This document shows, piece after piece, positions 22,028 through 33,300 of a stretch of DNA of 64,000 bases. The stretch is from Caecitellus pseudoparvulus (Eukaryota > Protista > Bigyra: Bicosoecida): the NCBI GenBank assembly GCA_965644315.1, contig CBFFRQ010000057.1, forward strand, positions 62,001-126,000. The letters are read 5' to 3'. How positions within the stretch are numbered: position 1 is the first letter of the stretch; each line of letters starts with the position of its first letter. The position numbers and the translations under genes are program-made. The notes below the pieces were generated by a model. The model was not told the DNA's origin. It saw only the letters and a list, made by a program, of their open reading frames with translations, and made no database searches.

Positions 22028-25000
22028 TCAGCCTTGGCCAGGCTTCGAGTGAATCGGCTTCCCAACGTGCGTCAGGAAAGCGACCAACCACTGGTACAAT
22101 GCCTTTGCCACTGAGCATGTGGATGTTGCCATGGCTTCGTTGATGGCAGCTTCGTTTGCCTGCAGCAAGCGCTTGGCTCTCACAACGTTGTCGGCAGCAG
22201 GGCGTAGGGGCCACGGCTCAAGAATGCACAGTTTCAGCATGGCATCTGGGTCGCTCATCACTCGGACGACTGTAGGCCACGACGGCTCCACGCCGAGGAG
22301 GCAACACAGGCTCCCTCCCACAGCCACGCACTCCAGCTTCAATGGTTCTGGTTGCTTTCTGAACATGTTGATGTCTTCAGCCCCCAAGCGGAGCAGCCCC
22401 CTTCGAGCGACTGTTACTGGGTGCCCTGGCACGGGAGCCAAGCACATGTGCTGGGACAGCAATCCGCGCAAGCCGTCAATGCGTGATCTGCTGCGCAACA
22501 AGCAGCACCGCATAGCGGTGACACTGGCCAAGGAGGCAATGTCGCTGTGAATGCCACCCTGCCCAAGAACAGCGGACGCGTGCGCAGCGGCCTCCGACTC
22601 GCTTTTCCCACTTGCAAGCGCCTGGTGCGACTGCAAGATGTGAGCAAGCCGCCCTGTCAACGCAGGAGGCAGCACTGGTGGCACTGCTCCGATACGCAGG
22701 CTTTGCAAGGCCTGCGCCTGGCCGTCCTCAGCACCCTCATCGCCACGCAAGGAGAGCAACTGGGATCGCTGGCTAGAGACAAGGCGCACATATGACACGC
22801 CTTCCAATCGAGACAGGCGCGGAACACGCACTCTGTGGGCGGGCGTGCCAGGGCTGCTGATGAGCGCTTGGGCCCACGTGAGGAACACCCCAAGCAGAGT
22901 TCCAGTGAGGCACAGCATGCCATCAGTAAAGGGCAGCAGAGATCGGGACTGCATGAGCGCAGCAATCAGCACCAGCCTGCGCTGTGGGAGGTCTCTGCGT
23001 CTCACAGCAACGAGGCGACTGAGAAGCTGTGTGGGCTCACGGAACAGGGCCTGCGCAGAGTCCCAGCAAGGGGGCACCTGCAACACCACGCACACAATGC
23101 TGGATACCACAGCAAGAGGCTGAATCGTGGGATCCAAAGTGCTCAACTTGGACACCGCGGCGGGGTCCAACTGGGCCAATGCGTTTCGAGCGCCGAGCAG
23201 CTTGGCCGGAGGGGTTGCGGGCTCGTCCGACCCAAACACGGCTGCCTGCCACTGCTCTGTGTCTTCGTCAAAGGCACCCTCATAGCCATCAGCCTCATCC
23301 ATGTCAGCTTCAATGGACGCAGCAGCTTCTTCAGTCGTTTTATCGCTGGGGTGCTGCACGAGTTCTTGAGTTGACTCAGCCGCGGCAGCCTTGCGACGCG
23401 CCGCGCGCAGGGCTGAGAAATGCCGCTGGAACTTCCGGAGGAGCTCAGGAGACAAAAAGAAGCCCTGCGCCTCCATGACTTCGTCCAAGGGTTTGCCACT
23501 GACGACTTCGGCAGCAGCGGCGGCTGCTGCTGCTGCTGCTGCTTCAGCCGGCTTGGCGTACCCCATGTCAGCGAAAGCCTGCAACACGTCCTCATCCAAC
23601 AGTTCCGAACTCATGCTTCCCATGCCTGTCGCTGGGATACCAGCTGTCTCTGGGTTGTAGTACGTCATACACAGGCACCAAGCGTGCAGCGCCTTGCTCA
23701 TGAGCACTGCCTTGGGCTCGCCGCGGTCGTGCACTGGGCGCTCCATCTGCTCCAGCAGGCTGGACACCGTCAGTCCAGCCTGAAGGGCGTGCAAGTGCCG
23801 GGAGTGCTTGCGGAGAATCTCCCTCGCAACTCTTTTGTGTTTCTCGTCCAGCATGGTGGGAGCCACAAGGCAGAGCTTATCCAGGAAACCGCCCTTCAGC
23901 ATCACTTTCCGGGCACGCTTCCAGTTTGGCTTTGGCACACCCAGCAGCACCATGAGCGCCGCTGCAACAACAAGGTCGTCATCTGATGGCTTGCTCTGGT
24001 CCACCATGGCAACGATGTGGGAACCGTCCAGTTGCCCCACCAGCGCAGCGAGCTCTGACAGCGTGCGGGCAGAAATCCTCGCCTGCCGCTGCTCCACGCT
24101 GGCCAAGTGTGCTCTGGCTTCCTCGGGATTCACGCTGGACACGGCACTGACGACAGAGAGCGTCCCGTCAGAGTCGTCTCCTCCAGCTTGCCCATCAGCG
24201 GATGCAATGACGGCTTCCAAGTCCCCAGCATCGCCGATGCCTTGCACATCAGAGAGCTCCCGCGCAGAGTACTGTGTCAGCGCCGACTCGGGTCGACCGC
24301 CACGAGGTGACGATGCGTTCTGCCGCACATGCTCTGCTATAGCGACGCGCATGCTTGATCGGGGAGACATCTTCAATGATGCCGCTGACCCGACGCTGAA
24401 GCCACTGATGGAGCGCCGGTCACCTGCGCGTGCAGATTGGGGGCCACGCAGCGGCTCTGCCACGAGTGCTTTTCCGCGTGGAGATAGCACAGCCACAACT
24501 GCGTCCTCAAAGTGCTGTATGGGCTGTGTGTCAGCCCGCGCCAGGTGCTTCTGGCCAGGTGGACCGCTGCTTTGTCCGTGTGACGTGTCCACTTGAATGC
24601 CAGGCACAAGTCGCACAGAAAAAAAACCCTCCTCGTCGTCTTCACTTGTTCCATGTCCTTCCTCCTGGACAGGCGCCAGCGCTCCACTGTCGCTGATACC
24701 AGATGCCTGCTGCTGTGGGGAGCAGTGCAACTCATCGGCTTCTGCGAGGTGCAAGGGGCGCCTGGACCTAGCAGCTCTGAAAGCCGCTTGGATGTGCCTC
24801 GCAGCCTGGTCTTCAGCGGCAGCTGCAAAATCGCGTCTATCCGAGGACCCGGTGCCACTGGGCGCTGTCTGTGCATCGAGGGAGTGGCGGTCCTCAAACG
24901 AGGCACTGTCAGGGCAAGGTTCTGATGGAGCTGCACTTCCTGCATCCTCAGAGCGGGGTTGTCGACCAATGTTTTTGCCTCTCTGTCGGCGTCGACGGTA

Positions 25001-27256
25001 GGCAGTCGGTATTCGCACATCTTGGCGGGCGGGCCACCAGGAGGCGTCCTCCAGCCACACTGATCCGTACGGACTGACCAACAGCCCTCCTGCTGGCTTG
25101 GCACGGACACGTCGGCCTCGCTGTGGTACGTTGCGCTTGTGATATGAAACCGGCTTTGATGAACCACCTCGAGCAGGGCTAGGCTTGGCTGCCGGCGACA
25201 CTTCTCTGGCTGGTGGAGGGGCAGAGCCTTCATGACGCCCTCCTTGGGCTTGCCTTGCGGAAGAGGGATGCCGCCCTTGAAGCGCAGCCTGGAAAGCCTC
25301 CTCCGTTCCAGAGTCACCACCCCCCTCTTCGACGTCATCAAGCGCTCGGTGAGTGCTCTGAGCGCGGGCTTCGCCCCCAGCGCCACCCTCGCGCAGCTCG
25401 GCCAGCACAGCTTCCACATCCTGACCAGACATAATTGCCTGCAGCAGCGCCTCCGCTTCCGCCTCTGCCCTCGCTTCCTCCTCCTGCTGGGCCAGTTTCA
25501 TGGCCAGAGCTTCGTCTGGGTCCACAGTTGGGCGTGCAAGGGCAATGATGCGCTGTGTGGACAGCAAACCTCTGGAGGCCTGGTGCACGTTCTGACTGGG
25601 TGCTGTGCTCGGCTGCACATGGTCCCTGCTGTGGGCATGCACATCCCGCAGGGACACACCCCTGAAACTCTTTGCCTTGGGTGCCGCTTGAGCAGCTTGG
25701 TTGCTGGGCAGTATCGGCGCAGATACATCCCACTCATCAGCGACAGGGGCGTACCTGCTCCGCTCCAGGGCGTGCGAGCCGCGCAAGGGCTTTCGCTGAC
25801 CAGCATCGTGTGCAGTTGCCTTGTTTTCCAAGCTGGGGGCCTCCGAGGCGGCCAGCGACCCTGACTCGCTGGTGTCTCGCCGTAGGCGGCGTTTGGCGTG
25901 CCATGGCACTCCGCCAGCGTACTTTGCACGCATGCGGCCCCGAAGCATGGAGCTTGCTTGCTCGCCGTACACGGCAGACGCCACCGCCCAGCGGGCTGCA
26001 GACATCTCTGCGGCATCGTCCATGGTCGTGCGGCGCACATGTCGCCCGACACCCAGCTCCCGTAGCACATGGGGAGTCAGGTGAGGCAGCTCCTTTGCTG
26101 GAAGGTCCCGCGCAAGAGCGGCCAGCGTGGGCATAAGCGCTTCGGATGCGATGTGGCGGCGCCTGCTGCGTCTCGAAGCGCGGCGTCGCGATCCGGGGGC
26201 CACAACAGCGTTGTCTTGTGTTTCCCGAAACAGGGGCATGGCCTCTTCCTGCGCCTCCTCCAGGTGCAGTGACTCTGACAGTGGCCCGTCGTCATCCCCA
26301 AAGTGCCCCCCCCACGCACCAGTGTCCACTAGCACCTCCTCACGCGGCCCTTGTTCACCGGTGCTTGATGTGGTCAGCAGATGGCTCTGTTGTGCAGATG
26401 CAGGCCCTTGCTCAGGCTCATGGTGCTGGACCATGCCCTGGCCGTCGAGGGAGGACTCGGGAGAAAGCAGGCCTGACTCTGAAGTCTGTGGGCGGGGGGA
26501 CGCTCCACCCCGGCCCCCATGCCGACGAGAAGTGGGGCGAGCAGTGGGTGCACGGTGCTGGGGGGCGGCGGCGCTGGTGCTGGGACGGGCGGAGGCTGGA
26601 TGTGTGGCCAGCAAGCCATCACCATGAGCAAGGGGAGCAGTGGCCCCAGCCCGTGCAGAGGCGTGGCGAAGACGACTGTGCTGCAAAGCTGCCCTACCGA
26701 TTCCTTTCAGTCCAATACCTGTACCAGACGCAAAGGGGGCCTTTATCATGCTGCCTGAACTGTCAAGCTGCCTGAACGGGCCGACTCCGCAGCGCGTTTC
26801 GCGCGGGTCGCGGCGACCGATCCACTCACTGGCTCTCATGCGGCCCAACTCTTCCTCATCGGGCTGTAGCGCCGCTGGTCGCCGCTGGTGCGCACCATCA
26901 CCTTGTTGAATAAGCTGCATGGCGCTGGAAAACGTCGCCGCATCAAACCCCCGTCGCGCAGGGCTTCGAGACCTGCCCCGGCCTGGCGCAGGCGCTGCTT
27001 CGCTCTGACGACTGCGGCCTTCCCTTGCCCCACGAGGGCTCCCATGTTTGCCGTGGCGCTTGCCCGCCGCGGCACTGCGTTCATGCACCAGGCGTGCAGC
27101 CCGGGCCCTTGCACGAGCCACGTCAGGGTCCATGAGGGCGTTGACACTGGCACGCTGCTTGGCAAGAGCTGAGCGGGAGCCAGAGCGAGCAGTGCGGCGT
27201 CCACCGCCACCCGCCGTGGCAGCGGAGTGCATGACGCCCAGGGACGATGCCATCAT
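22028..27256 (-). CDS. Large low-complexity protein with one IQ motif and three dynein stalk microtubule-binding-domain-like repeats
   Basis: Single-exon 1742-aa ORF. IQ motif ARHIQAAFRAAR. Three units of the form L..L....I....(K)P......AL.VLLG..P.W..A......FL..L...AL..W, at about 24064-23655, 23195-22858 and 22410-22072. Confidence 0.72.
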   Translation of the reverse strand: MMASSLGVMHSAATAGGGGRRTARSGSRSALAKQRASVNALMDPDVARARARAARLVHERSAAAGKRHGKHGSPRGAREGRSRQSEAAPAPGRGRSRSPARRGFDAATFSSAMQLIQQGDGAHQRRPAALQPDEEELGRMRASEWIGRRDPRETRCGVGPFRQLDSSGSMIKAPFASGTGIGLKGIGRAALQHSRLRHASARAGATAPLAHGDGLLATHPASARPSTSAAAPQHRAPTARPTSRRHGGRGGASPRPQTSESGLLSPESSLDGQGMVQHHEPEQGPASAQQSHLLTTSSTGEQGPREEVLVDTGAWGGHFGDDDGPLSESLHLEEAQEEAMPLFRETQDNAVVAPGSRRRASRRSRRRHIASEALMPTLAALARDLPAKELPHLTPHVLRELGVGRHVRRTTMDDAAEMSAARWAVASAVYGEQASSMLRGRMRAKYAGGVPWHAKRRLRRDTSESGSLAASEAPSLENKATAHDAGQRKPLRGSHALERSRYAPVADEWDVSAPILPSNQAAQAAPKAKSFRGVSLRDVHAHSRDHVQPSTAPSQNVHQASRGLLSTQRIIALARPTVDPDEALAMKLAQQEEEARAEAEAEALLQAIMSGQDVEAVLAELREGGAGGEARAQSTHRALDDVEEGGGDSGTEEAFQAALQGRHPSSARQAQGGRHEGSAPPPAREVSPAAKPSPARGGSSKPVSYHKRNVPQRGRRVRAKPAGGLLVSPYGSVWLEDASWWPARQDVRIPTAYRRRRQRGKNIGRQPRSEDAGSAAPSEPCPDSASFEDRHSLDAQTAPSGTGSSDRRDFAAAAEDQAARHIQAAFRAARSRRPLHLAEADELHCSPQQQASGISDSGALAPVQEEGHGTSEDDEEGFFSVRLVPGIQVDTSHGQSSGPPGQKHLARADTQPIQHFEDAVVAVLSPRGKALVAEPLRGPQSARAGDRRSISGFSVGSAASLKMSPRSSMRVAIAEHVRQNASSPRGGRPESALTQYSARELSDVQGIGDAGDLEAVIASADGQAGGDDSDGTLSVVSAVSSVNPEEARAHLASVEQRQARISARTLSELAALVGQLDGSHIVAMVDQSKPSDDDLVVAAALMVLLGVPKPNWKRARKVMLKGGFLDKLCLVAPTMLDEKHKRVAREILRKHSRHLHALQAGLTVSSLLEQMERPVHDRGEPKAVLMSKALHAWCLCMTYYNPETAGIPATGMGSMSSELLDEDVLQAFADMGYAKPAEAAAAAAAAAAAEVVSGKPLDEVMEAQGFFLSPELLRKFQRHFSALRAARRKAAAAESTQELVQHPSDKTTEEAAASIEADMDEADGYEGAFDEDTEQWQAAVFGSDEPATPPAKLLGARNALAQLDPAAVSKLSTLDPTIQPLAVVSSIVCVVLQVPPCWDSAQALFREPTQLLSRLVAVRRRDLPQRRLVLIAALMQSRSLLPFTDGMLCLTGTLLGVFLTWAQALISSPGTPAHRVRVPRLSRLEGVSYVRLVSSQRSQLLSLRGDEGAEDGQAQALQSLRIGAVPPVLPPALTGRLAHILQSHQALASGKSESEAAAHASAVLGQGGIHSDIASLASVTAMRCCLLRSRSRIDGLRGLLSQHMCLAPVPGHPVTVARRGLLRLGAEDINMFRKQPEPLKLECVAVGGSLCCLLGVEPSWPTVVRVMSDPDAMLKLCILEPWPLRPAADNVVRAKRLLQANEAAINEAMATSTCSVAKALYQWLVAFLTHVGKPIHSKPGQG

Positions 27257-27332
27257 GACACAACATCAGCAAGGCTGTCCAGGACTCTCGCATGGCATGT
27301 AGGTGTCGTGGAGTTGAATTTGGCGCTGCGCG

Positions 27333-30300
27333 TCACTGGTGTGCCCACACCGTGCCAGGCTGCGCCCCCACACTCGACACTGACGCAGCGCCAGTAGGCG
27401 AACCCTGCCGTTTAGCGCGCTCGGGCGTGGTCGTCTGCTTCTGCCGAGTCCCGGCTCGTGTCGCAGCATGGGAGGGTGCACCACTGGTCTGGTCTGCGAA
27501 GCGGACACTTGCGGCTGTCATGCCGGTCCCCACCGCCCCCGTGGAGCTCACCTCCACCTCATCCCCCACCGCACCACGGGGGGCACGGTCACTCCGCTGT
27601 GCTGGGGCCGCTTCTGCTCCAGGGCGCTTGGGCATGGGGCGCAGGCGCCGGCGCCCCCCCTCAGCGGCGACACGGCTGCCGCCTCCACCCGCCAATGAGG
27701 CAAGCAACGGGCTCGCCGCCGGCAGCGCCGACTTCGTTGGGGCCTTGCGTTGCCTCCGCTTGGGTGTCACCGATGGTCGTTCAGGCGACTTCGCTGATGA
27801 CGCGGGGTTCGCGGCGGGCGTGGGGCCCGCCCCTCGCTCGTCCTCTGCCAGATGCCGGAAGTCTCGGTCTGGCGACAGGGCGGCGCCAGACTTTCCACGG
27901 GAGAAACGCTGGGAGCTGGACAGAGGGTCCAGGCGCACAGTGGAAGACGTCGGCCGCTCTGCTATGCTTGCCTGCGTGATTGTCTTGTAGGGAGACCCGG
28001 CGCTGCCACGTTTGGTGCGCTTCACGCGGGTGTGCGAGCCAGGCAGCTTCACCGTCTGCCGCTGCGTCTTTGCCAGCGCTCGCTCCACTATGGGCGATGT
28101 GGCCCGCGCAACGTCGGCGCGGTCCGGAGAGCCCCCCCCCACCCGACTTTCCCTGCGCACTGAGCTGCCCAGCGCCGGTGTGCTTGCCTCCCCTGCTGTA
28201 GGGGGCGTGGTCGAGGCGCCGGGCTGCTTGGACTGCTCCTTGCCTGCCTTTTGCCCCTTCTCCTTGCGTTTCGACCCAGGCGTCGAGAGCTTGCCTCGCT
28301 TGCGCCGGGTGGGTGTGGCAGGGCCAAGGTGGGGTTGCGTCCCACCTCCCGCACTGCCATCCCCCGCCCCAGACGCCTCGCCTGCTGTAGCCTTCCCTTC
28401 ACTCTCAGCCGCACGCTGGTCTGCTGCGCGCTGCCGGGCCAGGCCCAGCAGGCCCTCCCACCCACCAGCGGCACCCCCGTCCTCAGCCGGCTTGGCACGG
28501 CCCGAAACGCCTGCAGTGCTCTTGCGGCGCTGCGCCACGGCGATGCCGACGTCTTTCCACCTGCTCACGGCGCGCTTGGTGCTCTCTGACACGGTCGCCT
28601 CCATGGCGGCCTGCCGCGCCGCCTCCGCCATGGCGGCCTTCCGCTCCGCCTCTCGCTGGCGCAGGGTCTCGGGGTCCAGGTCGCCTGCCACGACGTGCAC
28701 GCCGACGCCGCCTTCGCGTTCGTACATGGCGGCGACATCCGACAGCAGCTCCGCGAAGGAAGCAGGGTAGTCGGCATTGGCGAGGGGGGAGAGAGGTTCG
28801 TGCGTCTGACCCAGCTTCCCAACGCCGTCCTTTCCATGGCTGTCGCTGAGGCCCCTATGGCCAGGGGAAGCGCTAGGTGCAGAGGCTGGCGTGGTTGCTG
28901 GCGTGGCAGCCCCCGGAGAGGAGGAGCCGGGCTGCTTGGCCTGCCGGGTGGAGGCTGGCTTGGAGCCTGACAGTGTCACTTCTCCCAGGCCGGGCACGCC
29001 CGCAATACGAATAGGAACGCCGCCGCCCTTCATTTCAGCATGCAGTTTGGACCATGTTGCAGGCGGCGACGCCCAAGGTCGGCTGGAGGCTGAGCGCGGG
29101 GGCGTCTCCACCTTGAGTGGTTTGGGAGACGACACACGTGGCTTGGCCTTGCGCTTGCCACTCCCTCGACCCGATGCGCCCGGCGTGCCCCAAGCGGCAG
29201 TGGGCAGGCGGTGCGGAGGCTTGGACTGCGCCTTCCGCTTGGGAGCCTTGCTACGGCCTTCTGACTTGCCTTCTGACTTGCTCTCTGTGCCTGCACTCCC
29301 TGCATCCAGTGGTGCAGCCTCAGGGCTGGTGGCTTGGGAGGGGCTGCCGGAAGCCCCGTCTTCCTCCTCCCCCACTTCGAGGTGAGTGGGAAGGGGCGTT
29401 CGTGTCCCTGAACCTGCCTGTGGCGTGGTGGCCCTCTCAGGAGCACTGGACCTCCGTTGCTGCTCAGCTGGGCGCTGAGGAGTGGGTCGACTTTCAACAA
29501 GGGACTTGGTCCGGGCGCCACGGGGTTTGGGAGTGGCCATGACACCACTAGGGCCGCCCTTGCGCACTGCCGTGCTGCTCATCGCAAAAGCATCTCCACG
29601 AGTGGATGTAGAGGCCAGCAAGTCTGACACCCGGGCTGGCGTCATGGAGCCTGAGACGGGGCTGGGAGCGTCATCCTCGACAGGGGCATGGGCGGCCTCC
29701 GCCGCCTCCTCCCCGAGCCAGCGGGCGTGCACAGCTTTGGCGTGGTGGCCGCTAGGGTCCACCACGCTGCGGATGCGGTGGGCCGCTGACGTGGGCCGCA
29801 CCCTGGATGTGCCGGCTAGCTCCTTGGGTACGTGCCGCAAGCCGCGGTCGGGTAGGGGAGGGTGCGTCAGGCCCCCGAATACAGGTTGGGCCTCCTCCTC
29901 TGCCTCTGTTTGATTGAAACCGACGGTGTCTTGCGGCGCTGGGGCATCCTCAGCCCCACTTGGCGAATGCGCCTGGGCGGGGCGCTTCGTCGGAGCTGGA
30001 AGGCCCAAAGCTGCAGCCGCCACTGCATCCAGCGGTGTGTCTTCCAAGCTCGTTTTGGGAGCGGCTTCCCACGCACGGCGGCGGGAGGTAGAGCCCCGCG
30101 TACTGCCTCGACGCCGCCCACCAGACAAGAGAGGAGCAGACTCTGAGGCGCCCAGGCGGCCACTGCGCCGAGTCGAGCCGCCTGAAGACGACGCTGGGCG
30201 AGAAGCGGAACCCTGCCTGCTGTGCGAACGGCTAGGCAGCGCGCGAGCAGAGCCCTCAGACACCGGAGCGAGGAAGGCTTGCGTTGCAGCACGCTGGCGG

Positions 30301-33300
30301 AGAGCTGCGGGCACTGCCAGGGTGCTAGCTTGCAGCCGGGCGCGAGCTGTGCCAAGGGGGGTAAGCTTAGCAGCGCTTCGCGATGCAGGGGTGGCTGACG
30401 GCACCAATAGGGATGCAGCGTCAACGCGAGGGCTGTCAGCGTCGCTTGCCCGGCGGCGAACGTGTCCCCCCCCCTCCTCCTCTGGCGAGGTGGACGCCTT
30501 CACCCGTGGCAGGGAAGGCGTGTGATCTGGCGTGCGCAGGCGATCCGCTGACCGCAAGTGAGCGGCAGCCAGGCGCCCTGCCGCTGACACTGGGCGACCA
30601 GCTGTGCCATCTGCCACCGTGCCTCCCCGCACGGAGTGGGCCTCAGCGAAGGCAGACATGCGATCGCCTTCGTCTGCTGTCGGCATGCGAGGGCCCTGTG
30701 CATGCAACTGGCGCAGAGCCTGGAACTCGGCCAAGATGGCGTCTGCCGTCATGGGTGGCTCGTACGCAGCCCCTTCCTTCTGAAACGGCACGGTGGGGTG
30801 CATGGTTGCTGTGCCCAAGCCAGGGTCAGGCTGGGCCGGCGCGGACGCTTCGGGCAAGCTGAAGAAGGAAGCTTCCAGATCTGTGGTGGGGCTAGAGGCC
30901 TGTGCGATGGGCGGCTTTTGGCCGGAGCTGTCCACCTGCTCAGCACTGCGGGCAGGGGTGAGGAGCAGCGCACGCAAGCTTGTGCCGATGTCCATGCCAC
31001 TCTCCAAAGCAGAGGACGCCGAGAAGCCCCCAGCGGGCAAGGTCTGCAGCATGCTGCCACGCGACGCACCATTTTGGGCCTTTGCACTGCGTTTGGCAGG
31101 CTTGTGTGCGGAGGAGGTGGCGCCCGAGAGAGGGGGCAGTCCCCCCATGTCCTCCTCATCCTCCTCCAACGCAATGCCAGCGACAGACAGGGTGCGTCCC
31201 ACGTCATGTGCCTGTGAGGACTTGCCTGTGGCAAAGTGGTCTCGCGCGTTCCCCAGCGCGGCTGCCCTCACGCCCCGCACACCGCCCACGACGACTCCCC
31301 CGGTCGCAGACTCCAGTGCCTTGCGAAGTGCGCGGGGGGTCAGCGGCATCCCTGCCAGCTGGCTCAGGCGCAGGAGGTAGTGCGCATCGCGCTGGCGCTG
31401 GCCGCTCATTTGGGGCATTTCAGGCGGCACCACATTGAAGGCACGGGCCATGCTGTCGGAGCCTGTGCTCACGACGCGGGGGTCGGAACCTGCCAGCGGC
31501 CGTGAGTCAACGAGTGGCGAGTGGAAGAGCACACCGGGCTTGCTGTGCTGAGCCCAGTCGCTTGCGTCAGGACCTGAGGAGGCCAATTCCTCATACCCTG
31601 CGAAGTATGGCGTCACAGCCCCAGCTGTCACACGCGCAAGCTCGGCTCCACTGGAGCCAGACTGTTGCGCAGTCTGCCCACGCAAGCGGGCATCCGCGGC
31701 AGGCGTGCCTTTGTCTCGCTCAGCGGCTTCCTCTGCCTTCCGAGCAGCCCTGCCCGCCTTTCCTGTGTACGCAGCGGCTTTCTTCTGAGCCATCCACGCC
31801 AGGAGCTCTGCGCCAACTCCCTGCCGCACGCCCCCTGGCAACGTGGAAGGGGAGCCTGCCGCCTGCCGCGTGGCCTTTGAAAGCCCCAACACAGCCATGT
31901 TGGCAGACTTCAACGCTTCCTCGGCTGCCTTGGGGGTGCCACTGGACAGCCCGGAGGCCAGAACACCCTGTGACAGTTGCCCCGCTGGCATGCGGGACTG
32001 GGGCGTGCGGCTTGCTAGTGCTTGGGATCCTGGCAAGCTTGCTCGTGACACTCCACTCTCGGGCCCGTCGGGGCTGGTGCCCTTGCCGGCCGCCACCAAC
32101 TGCTCATACGTACGAGGAGCCTGCACTCCCAGCCCTTGTGCCAGTGCGTCAATGAGGCGGCCCAGTCGCAGCTCGATCAGTCCCAAGTATGTGCCAACAG
32201 TGTCTGGCGTCACGCCCGACTTCAGCAAGCTGTCGAGCTGCGTCTTGGCATACTGACGAGCCGTCTCCATGTCCTCCCCTGTCAGCTGAACGCCATCGTG
32301 TGAAATGGTGCGGTTCACAAGAGCACTCCCCTTCGTGCCACCTCCCTCACCCTCGCGGCTGGTTGTTCTGGTCGGCAGAGGTGTGCTCATGCTGACTCGG
32401 CGCTGACGGGGCTGTGGGGATTCCGCCCGCATCAGCAGTTCAACCACATCAACGTCTTCCTCGGCTGTCTCCACGCCCGGCCTGGTGTCAGCATCCTCAG
32501 GCTCTTGCGGCCGTGCTTTGTCATGCTTGCTTTCGCCACCACCCTCCACAACTCGAGCCCCAAGGCGCTCATAAGAGCCGGGTTCATCCCCTGCCGAACT
32601 GGCTTTCAACGCCGCCACATGCTTGCGGTCCACATGACCCCGCCAGCTGGCTTGTACGATGGTGGCAGCCTTGGCTTCGCTTGCAGCGGCTGCATGCTTG
32701 TCTGCAAGGGCTTGCATGTCAGTCAGCGACTCGCTGCCCGTGGCCTTGGAACGAACACTGTGTCCCCGCCAGCGAGCCTGAATGCTCGTGGCTGCCGCAT
32801 GGGAGCGTGGAGATGAAGCAGTGGGGATTCTAGGACTAGAAATCGCGCCTGATGGGAGCGCAGTGGATGCCTTGGGTGGGGCGGGCGCCGATGTCTCTCC
32901 ATCACTGTCCTCCTGCTCAGGCGGCGTCGGCGCCTCCAATGCCGTCAGAAAGAAGCCAACGTCTTCTCCACCACCTTCTTCATCAGACCTGCTGCTGCCT
33001 TCTTCGCGCTCAGAAAGCGGCGCTGGGGAGACGGCAAAGGCAGCCTCCTCGTCGCCTTCCACAGGCGTATCGAGCGTCGACGTCACGGGGCGCTGGGCTC
33101 GCCGACACAGCACGATGTGGTGCAATGCCTCGTCAAAAATTGTCCTTTTGGCGCCCGTCGTGGCAAACATGCCACTGACCATGCTGGCGGCGCTGCGAAT
33201 GGCTGCCTGGGTCACTGCAGCAGACGCATCCTCTGCTTCACGATCCCTGCGGAGGCGCAGCAACACGCGTTGCAAGAGCAACACCTCAGCGTGGGCTGTC

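Noticed and set aside
27257-27333. ODAD1-like and triple-MTBD ORFs as a single spliced gene
   Set aside because: An in-frame TGA lies just upstream of the second ATG (27268-27266) with no AG acceptor between them; fusion would need an unsupported internal acceptor.
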